A stretch of DNA of 64,000 bases, taken from Azolla caroliniana (lineage: Eukaryota; Plantae; Polypodiophyta). Under the pieces are notes generated by a model. It worked only from the letters and a program-made list of their open reading frames with translations. It did not search any database and was not told the DNA's origin. Below, piece by piece: positions 53,601 to 64,000 of this stretch (positions within the stretch are counted from its first letter, which is position 1; the number at the start of each line of letters is the position of its first letter). The position numbers were made by a program, and so were the translations under genes. The stretch spans positions 16,740,001 through 16,804,000 of the forward strand of contig JBHGNT010000016.1 in NCBI GenBank assembly GCA_043228905.1, written 5' to 3'.

Positions 53601-55600
53601 GAAGAAACGCATTCTTTACATCCATCTGATGAAGATGCCATCCCCTTGTCGCAACAACCGCTAGCACCACACGAACCATCGTCATCTTCGCTACTAGAGC
53701 GAAGGTCTCGTCATAGTCGATTCTGTGGGTTTGTGCATATCCCTTTGCCATTCACCAGGCTTTGTACCGGTTGACCGAATTGTCAGCATTGTACTTTACC
53801 TTATATAACCACTTACAACCGATTGGTTTACACTTTCAGGGAGGGTCAACTAGGTCCCATGTGGCGTTGGGATGAAGTGCCCACATTTCCTCCTCCATCG
53901 TAGCACGCCAATTTGCGTCTTTCGTTGCTTTTGCATAGCTCTCCGGCTCACGCACTTCCGCCACCTTGGTCATGTACGCATAGTGACGCGCCATGTACTT
54001 ATTGTATCTGTACCTCTTTACGGGGTTCTTCTGGCAAGTTGATTGGCATAACTTCTCGTTCACCGGTTTGAGGGCCTTCTTGGCCGGCTCAGACTTCGTT
54101 TTTGAAGGTCCTCTTCGTTCTTTCCGGAGTCAGAGTCGCTCCGATTTGACTCCTCCATGTCGGTGTCATACTCCAGTATCTTTTTCTCCCCCTTCTCTTT
54201 GCACGTGAATTGTCTCCTCGGTTCCTTGCGTTGGGAGAGCACGGCAAACTCTCCACTACTCATTGGTTCTTCATCCGATTTCATCATTCCGACTCAGTCC
54301 CTTGTTTGGCCCACTCATCCGAAATGAGATCGGACTCTCATCTAGAGTACCGAACTCTTGTTCATCTACTTGGACCTCTTTAGGCTCACTTGCCTCATCC
54401 TCCGGAATCGGGTTGGAGTCGGGAGTCGGAAGTCGGTAGAGTGTACCATGATGCTGACTCATCAAATTCAACATCTCGGCTTACTCAAACCTGCTTAGTC
54501 CGGGGGTTGTAGCACTTATACCCCTTTTGCTCATGTGAGTAGCCGACTAGTATGTAGTTCTCCGACTTCGGATCCAGCTTCTTCCGCTTCTCATCCGGTA
54601 CATGCACATAGGCTATGCTACCGAATATCTGAAGGTGCCTTAAATTCAGCTTCTGTCTGAAATACAGCTCATGTACTGACACCTTGTCACCTCAACCTAG
54701 TAGAATTTGGCCATGCTTTTCTTCTCAAGTATTGCCATCACCGCGTCGACAATCGACCATTTATTTCTCTCGGCCACACTATTTTGTTCTGGTGTGTATC
54801 TGCAACATAATTCTCTCTAAATTCCCTTCTGTTGCAGATAACTGTTGAATTGGCCGATAAAATATTCTTTTCCGCCATCCAACTGCACACACTTGATCTT
54901 TCTCTCCGTTGAATTGGCTATAATTGTTGATGAAGGAGATGAAATATTGACTCCCCCCAAGACTAATGTTCTTTGTTGGTCCCTATACATCTGAATGGAT
55001 TAAGTCGAACTTGTAATGGCTCTAGTTTTGTTCGGTGGGGAATGGAAACCGGTGTTGCTTCCCGAGTTGGCATGCTTCAAATATTTGGGCCTTCGAGCCA
55101 CTGAATTTTGGCAATCCGAAAACAACTTGTTTCGATTGTAGGTCATGTGTGATTTGATCTTCTGCCCTTTGGTGAACAAGGCGGTGCCTATGTCATTCGT
55201 GTTGAGGATGAACATCCTCCCATCTCTGCTCCCTTGTGCAATTGTCCGGCCTTCTTCTTCGATGAAGCACCCGAGGTGCATGAACCGCACCTGCATCCCC
55301 TAGTCGACAATTTGTCCAACCGACACTAGGTTCTTTGTGATTGTCGGGACGTGAAGCACGTTCATAAGCTTCCCTTTTTGTCCGACATGACTCAAGGGAA
55401 CTTCTCTAACATGCATGATCGGGTGAGGAGTGTCGTCTTCGGTCTCAAAAACTCCCGGTTGTTCTGGGTTTTCTAGAAATCAGAGCCACTCTTCGTGGCT
55501 TGTCATATGGTTGGATGCTCCAAAATCAACATACCACACTTCCTCTAATCCGGAAGTGGACTGCTTCATTGCGTTTGCCTTGTGCTTCATCACAACGGTG
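47642..55600 (-). mobile_element. Degenerate Copia (protease to RNase H, extension, PPT, 3' LTR 47642-48057), interrupted by 48177-51911
   Basis: WYVDFGASNHMT (55480-55662), HLQIFGS...[23 protein letters not shown] (ORF 51972-52652); PPT GAGGGGGAG precedes the LTR. Confidence 0.85.
48177..51911 (-). mobile_element. Internally deleted Gypsy-like LTR element with tandemly repeated GC-rich interior
   Basis: Termini TGTCGCG/CATGACA on plus. 3' LTR 48177-48692 is preceded on minus by GGTGGGGGTGGA. Only ~62 bp of the 5' LTR remains (51850-51911 matches 48630-48692). Flanks are CCGG/CCGC and the host Copia sequence rejoins. Confidence 0.7.
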
Positions 55601-56449
55601 CCGTGAAGATTCCAGGCCATAGGGGGAAACATCGCCAAATGCGTGGGAACATAGGTGTGCACAAGGGCACCCCCTTTTTGTACTAATTTATGTAAATACT
55701 AGGCGTCGGTAGGTTTTGTGGATTACTAGGAAGTTAGGCATTAATAGATGATTTAATATCACGTAGGTGGGGGAGAACAAAGGTGAGATAGAGAGAGCAC
55801 ATCAAGAAGAGAATCTAGGAGGGGATTTCGAGAGGTCATTAAACCTGATGTAACAGCTGCTCCTTGTGCCATAAAAGGGGCGGCCTTAGACTGTTTGGGG
55901 GGGATCGATGTTTTTGGAGGAGGGGAAGATGCTACCAAACAGGAAGAAGTAGCTCACTCTCTCTATCTCGCTCTCTCGTTCTCTTTTGAACCTCTACGAC
56001 CAAACCTTGGAAGGAACCCTCGACTCACATCCGACGTGCGCGCACTCCCGACTAGAGGTCCCCTTTTTTGTGTGTTTGCTCTAGAGCTCGGAGCTCTGTT
56101 CCAGGCTCTGACCGGCTGTATTCCTTGCGCTTTGTACGCGGGTCCTAACTACTATTGATAATCTATTATGTTGCTTTACGTTGTTTTTCTACTGTGTCGT
56201 TCTCATGGGTGAAGAAGGTACAATGTTGAGGAGGTTGGCCAAGAAGATGGTTTGTGTAGAAGATAACGAGGAAAAAAACCAAGAAAAAGAAGTATGTTGA
56301 AGTGGTTTATCCTAAAAATTTCTCCACGAGTTTGGGTTCATCCAAAGCACTTTATTTTGGTAAACAAGTTTTGTAAGATAAAAGTAGTATATATAAAGGA
56401 AAATGTAAAACAAAAGATTACCACAAAAGTTCTTTTTCCTAAAAGAGAT

Positions 56450-57115
56450 TGTAAAAGTAAGTACGTGGAAGCTTATGACAAACCGGACAACAGCAGAAAG
56501 AACGAAGAAAGATGGAGACCTTGAAACACACACACACACACAGATCTCGGGAGAGACAGAGAGAGCAGAACATAAACTCTATTCAAAATAATAATACTTT
56601 GTGCTATTTACAACGTGCTTCGACAACACTATTTATACAAGTCCTTAAAAGGATTGACAGAAGTACTACGTACTTCAATGATGATACGAGCGGTTGACTT
56701 ACACTAACTACTAGGACAATGACTACCTAGTAGTCTAGAAGTGTAGACCTCTACTAGCCTTCCGGTTCACACTTCAGTCTGACTCTCTGATCCGTCTCTT
56801 GGTTTTGGATATCATCCAAACACCGATCCACATATGATCTGACTCAAGCTTATACATCCAATTCGGATCCGGTTGAGCTTGTTCGCTCAACACTCCCCCT
56901 CAAGCTTAACTTCAGGTCGGATTGTGGTGTTTGTATCTGTGGCAGCCAGTTCTTTCGTCCGGCTCCTTTTGGCGTCCTCCCGCCTCGCTCGCGTTCCTTG
57001 TTTGGTCCGATTCCTCCTTTTACGACCCGTCTGGTTCTGCGCTCCTCGACCTCCTTGGTTAGCTTGTTTGCTCAACAGGCCCATCTAAGCTCCTTTGTTG
57101 TTGTGACTCTGACGT
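56450..57115 (-). mobile_element. Copia 3' LTR (56450-56892), PPT and adjacent 3' region
   Basis: Similar to 47642-48175 throughout. Confidence 0.8.
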
Positions 57116-57329
57116 CGACTTCATTGCTCGCAACAAAGACTCGCATTATTAGAGGCAACGATACGATGAGACTAGCCTCAACCTCAACATGGACCAAACT
57201 TGCACACCACCTCCAGTACAACTAGTAGCATCCCATAATTGGGACAAGCTCGGGAATAACTTCATTCATGGGGCCCAAATGCCAACTCGAGAGAAGGCTA
57301 GAAGACTTGGAGTTGGCACTAGGAAGGTG

Positions 57330-57800
57330 AAAAGTAACAATGGTGCAAAAAAAGAAGCAAATTTAACAAGATGCACCAACAATGCCCAAAGAAAATCGAA
57401 GACGGTGACGATATGATGGCGACAACTACAACTTGACAATCAACATAGCTCAATGATGAAGATTGCAAGAAAGTGGTTTGGACCATACATTATGACAAAT
57501 GCAAATGACAACACCACCTACGACCTCTCTAAACTCAACATCAAAAGACTAGTGGTTTCGATAGTAGGCGAACGAGTTAAGATCTTCAAGAAGTGGCAAA
57601 AAGATGAGTTGAACCTCAATGACTCAAGAAGATGAACATAAAAGGAACAAAGGATTGAGACGCGAGTATGATGAAAAAGATGTACATGTGAGAAGAGAGG
57701 AAGTGTGAAGTTCACTACCATTGCCCCAACCATTACTTGGCACATACAGGAGGATGTGCAGTTTGGTGGGGGTGGAGGTCTTGATGTAGTGTTTCTCAAA
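57330..57800 (+). mobile_element. Decayed Gypsy integrase C-terminus with PPT-like tract
   Basis: ORF 57453-57635 has RKWFGPY (GPY/F module); GGTGGGGGTGGA near 57765 is the same tract as at 48693-48704 (minus). Confidence 0.6.
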
Positions 57801-58016
57801 GTAGAAAACATGGAAAGAGAAAAAGTAGGGCAACCTCAAATTATGTATATGTAAATAAGAAAATAGGATAATAAATATGAAAAAGTAATAAGTAGGATAG
57901 GTGGTCTAGTAGCTGACGCCATAGATTGTGAAAAGAGGGGTATCGTGTTGAGGTCCTACTTTGCCCAAGATTGAGTATTAAATGTGTTGGGTGAGCTCTG
58001 TCTTCGTGGTGGATGA

Positions 58017-58421
58017 TAGGGATCGGCAACGGCTCGGTTTAGGCTTGAACTTGCCTTAACGGTTTGAGCTCGATTCGGCTTGGTTTGAGCCTCACCAAAC
58101 TGGCTCAAGCCGGCTAAGCCGGTTAAGCTGGCCAAACCGGTTCAACCTGGCTCAAGCCAAGCCGAGCTAGATAATCCGTTTAGAAACTTGAGAGAGAGAG
58201 GGGGGGGGGGATAGAGAGAAAGAGAGAGAGGGAGGGAGACAACAGACAAGGGGAAAGAGAGAGAGAGAGAGAGGTTTCCAAGCCGTTTACCAAACCGGTT
58301 TAGCCTAAACCGGTTTGTGAACCGGTTCAGGTTTGAGATCCCAAAACGGTTTAGGCTTAGCCGGTTTGGCCTGATCCAAGCCAAACCGGCTAAGCCTAAA
58401 CTGAACCGTTGCCGATCCCTA
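58017..58421. mobile_element. hAT-type MITE
   Basis: TIR TAGGGATCGGCAACGG / CCGTTGCCGATCCCTA, perfect 8-bp TSD GTGGATGA, subterminal AACCGG/CCGGTT repeats. Confidence 0.93.
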
Positions 58422-59422
58422 GTGGATGACCCTCGTGATCCCGTTTGAGTAATAACACATGGGCATGCTAACGTGATAGTGGGCACACACAAAATTTCCT
58501 ATTATCTCACCAAAACTTTCTTATGTTCATTCATGCTTGATTTCCTCCATAAAGTTAAGTTAGTGACATAATGTCAATGACCAAAGGACTACTAGCCAGG
58601 GTGGACAACAAGGATATGTTGACTAGGATTTCCACCAAGGTATGTAAAGATATGTATTCTCTTGGACCGCATGAATTTGTTTATAGGTTGAGAATGGGTC
58701 TTGTTGGCAAAGGCTGAGAGAGTTTTCATGGACATGATTAGCCTTGTCTTGCCAAAGGCCATCGTTTATATTTGGTCTTTTTTTTATAGAGACTTGTGGA
58801 GTGGAAACTATTATGTACAAATTGTAGATTGCCTTTGGCATTGTTAATTTTAATACCAATGGAGTATAGTTTTTGTGAAAAATAAATAAAAAATGTCAAT
58901 GACCAAGGACAAAATCAAGACTAGATTGAGAGAGGCAAAAAAGTATAAACAGTTTCGTTTTATATAAGATTGACAAGAGCTAAAATATCATGCTGATTAC
59001 TAGTGTTGAGCTTGTATATTTTAATAACACTAAGACCTTGGCTATATACACAACACTCCTAATATTAGGCTTGCTTATCATCCAACTTTAATGTATGCAT
59101 CACAACCCAATAACTATGACGTTTAAAGTTCTATGATGAGAAAGGGTAATCGAAACAACATTTGAAGATGGACAAATTTTGTTTTAGCATGAACAGATTT
59201 TTTTGACGGTTCTCTTTTCCACTTAGACAAACAAAATTGTGTTTCCTTGTATGGGGGGGGGGGGGCGCAAAAAGCCTACACTAACCTTACTTGCTTATCA
59301 CTCTTTGACTAGCTACATTTAATTGAGAGGGGAGGGGCTGACATATATATTGGAGAGTTGGGATCGATTGTTCCACAGAAATACGAGGATTGGAAGAGTG
59401 ATCGTTTACTGTAGCAGCAGCT

Positions 59423-61023
<1,601 letters not shown>

Positions 61024-64000
61024 CTTGGGACAATGTTTCTTGGACATGGTTCATTTGTACATCTTCCGAAATCATCATAAGCCCATTGCATTGGAGCTCA
61101 GCTTACCTCAATAATGGTGAAGTTTCCTCTTTGATTCATTCATTGCAATGTTAAATAGAGGGCATAATAGAACACCGCTTTGTTGGGTACTTTCGAGTGT
61201 AACCATAAGTTTTTGAAGTTTCTTGTATTGTGGAGGATATTTCAGTAGTTTCTTAAAACATTGTGTGGGTACTTGTTAAGTACTTTGTTGTATTTTCCTT
61301 TAATTTAGTTTTCATTAAAAAACAAATCATGAAGTTTGAGTATAAGTAAAAACTTATGTGATGGCTAATACACATTGATCATTGGCGTAGTGTGATCATC
61401 ATATGCTATGAATTATACAATGAATATAAGGACATGATAGAGTTTAAGAATGTAATGGTGTCTTGAAGATTATGCCTTTCTTTTCTAGGCAACATAATTA
61501 GTGCATGTAATGGCTGGTTAAAGCAACACTTCTGAGTTATTCCTCTAAGTGTCAAAGCAATTAAACCTCAGACTTTACAAAGTGAGCGATAATCCTTCGA
61601 ATGTGTTAACATTTTATACTGCTCATGCTTAGACAAAGTTGATGCATATTTTGGACACACATATATATGTGACCCTTACAAAACATGCTTATTTTTTTGA
61701 TTCATCAACCACTTTTCTATATATGAAAACCACATCGTGTCATATTATGAAAGCGAAATTGCTCTAGATTTGGTTTTTGATTTTGTGAATTTCAACTATT
61801 GACGATACTGATTTATCGTCAGATCTTTAAGTTTAGGTAAGAATCACAAATATTAGCTAATTTGCGAGCAATAGCACATTGTATATTAACTTGCAATAAT
61901 TACCAAACCACCCTTAGCATTTGCTTTGTTTATGACCCTAAATGCATCTATTTTATATTATTCCATCATTTGTTATAGTCAACCCTAGAAAGAGAGAAAA
62001 ATGGAAGTAATGAAGCATATACACATAATTGAGAAAGGGACGATGTACCCAAATAGCAAGATCAAATGAAGACCTCAAGGGCAAAGTTGAGGGGGTTTTG
62101 TGGAAATTAAAAACAAACTCAAGGGTATTTTAGAGTTTTCCCAACTATAATTTATGTTTCTATTGTTAATTCTTATTTTTGGGTTTGATGTATAGTTTTA
62201 GGGTATTAAAATATAGCTAATACTACATCCATTCGATTTAGTATTTCTTCCATTGACAACATTTTTAATTCTTAAAATTAACAAATGATGACTCCACTAA
62301 ACAATGTTGTAGGTCACTTCTAAAGTTGTTGAAATGATTAAATATCATATTGATACAATTATCATGATAAAGACTTGGATCAATTGAGTTAGGAAAGCCA
62401 CAAATGTCACAAACATAAACATTTAATGGGGTGTGGGGCAAAGTTGGAGGATTCGTCATAGGCTCAAATGACAAAAAGGTCAAAAGTTCAAATTATTATG
62501 TGTAATGATATAGATGCCTCCTAACTAGAAACCAAATAATTAAGAATCTAGAACGACGAAAATTAATATGCATAAAAGATATGAAGAATGAAAGATATTA
62601 TTTTCAAACTACAAGGTGAAGGTCCAAATCTCACTTAAGACCAAAAACACCATATGGAGGCCATGATGGTAAAACAAACTAGAGACAATGAACCAAGTCC
62701 CCTCAATAGATGTGAATGCACACACAAAGTCAAGTGATGGACAAAAAAGCTCCAAAGTCTTATAAAATGTCTAGGCTAGTGTTTTTACGTTCCTTTTTTT
62801 TCAATTGGTGGGTGATTTGAGTTTTTCCTTTCTCAGCAATCTTGGAACTCAAGGATGGAGGAAATTAGGGTTTAAAAGTTTACTTTGGACTCATGAGTTT
62901 TTAGAATTTACGAGGGTACGAGTGGTTTGACGAGATTAATCTAATGAGACATGATTGAAAGACGAACCCATCTCTCCTCCTAACTCACACTCAAACACCT
63001 TATTCGTAACTACGGGTCCCTACAATGATAGGGGAGGAAACATGATTTGCATTTAATTTGGTATGCGAACCAATCAACTTATAATTCACCTACATTTGAA
63101 CCACTTTGAGTGGCACGAGTCCATGACGAGGGTCATGTTCACGGTTTTGAAATACAAGTTGTGACAAGAAATTTACAGAGTTAGGAAATCTGCAAGCTCC
63201 ATGTTTCTAGTGGAGAGACGCAAATCGAAAACGATGCTAGAGCCACACAACTTGAGTCATTGTTAAAAAGGCACGTGATTAGAAGTTATATTCGAGATAG
63301 ATTTACAAAACCACAAGGGATGTCTAGTGTTTCATGCTAGAAACAGAGCGAGTGAAGGGTCTCATGAGAGCACATAAATCGATCAAACGAACATTTCAAT
63401 CGATCAAACAAACAAATAAACTGATCAAACGAAGTTGCTCAGATGAAGGTCCGGCATGCATAGGCTTAGATGGGACAAGAGGCAGCCCATTTGCAAGCAA
63501 GCCTCACTTTATGGCTAGTGAATTATGTGCGATTCGGCCTTGCTTGCTACGTTTGGCCCAAGCCTCGCTTGCTTCGGAGGTCTACGCCTCGACGAGTTAA
63601 CGATAGAAGCCTGATCTACTATAAGCGCCTACAGATTGCGATGAGTAGCAGGGAGGGTTCAACAAAGGCAGTGGATGCGGAAATTTGCAATGCAATCATC
63701 GCTGTTGCATCAGAACTCTGTCTCGACGCTGTGCTTCGGTTCCCCCCGAGCCTCCGTAAATGAAGGTAGACGTAGAAACCGAGTCTACAAGCTCGACGCC
63801 GAGCCCAAGTTTCACACGCATTTAGCATTTCCCTGCCTTTTTCTCCTACATACACACTTTATATCCAACACTCGGAGAAACTCCTAAAATATCACATATT
63901 ACAGATATTTCTAACAACTCCCCTAAACACTAAAACTCTCACGCTGACGCCCCTAGACACTTAAACACATGTTCGCATTCACATTCACACGAACTACACA

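Noticed and set aside
55605-56450. Possible further LTR fragment
   Set aside because: Has a TATA-like motif and LTR-like texture, but no partner, TSD, PBS or PPT could be established.
63250-64000. Short ORFs and possible LTR at the window end
   Set aside because: No recognisable motifs; boundaries cannot be determined within the window.

Overview
Land-plant nuclear DNA. About 1-41 kb and 47.6-58 kb are a nest of LTR retrotransposons. An old Copia (pieces at ~8.0-8.8, 11.5-11.9 and 36.9-39.0 kb) hosts a Gypsy (11916-36867). That Gypsy carries a 5.2-kb insert with two different LTR-like ends (14945-20154, TSD AAGTT), a near-complete Copia (23076-28708, TSD CACGG) and an intact young Copia (31516-36861, TSD GTAAC). 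The only host genes are two intact 5-exon aldo-keto reductase paralogues arranged head-to-head (44425-46100 minus; 59423-61023 plus), with flanks showing remnants of a larger array, plus two MITEs and a TRIM-like element. The most unusual signal is in the Gypsy family. Three times, the position just before an LTR start (normally the polypurine tract) holds a copy of a tRNA 3' end (GTCCCACGGGCGTGCCA), i.e. an inverted second primer-binding site. This suggests tRNA-primed plus-strand synthesis or bidirectional priming. All coordinates and comparisons were read by eye.
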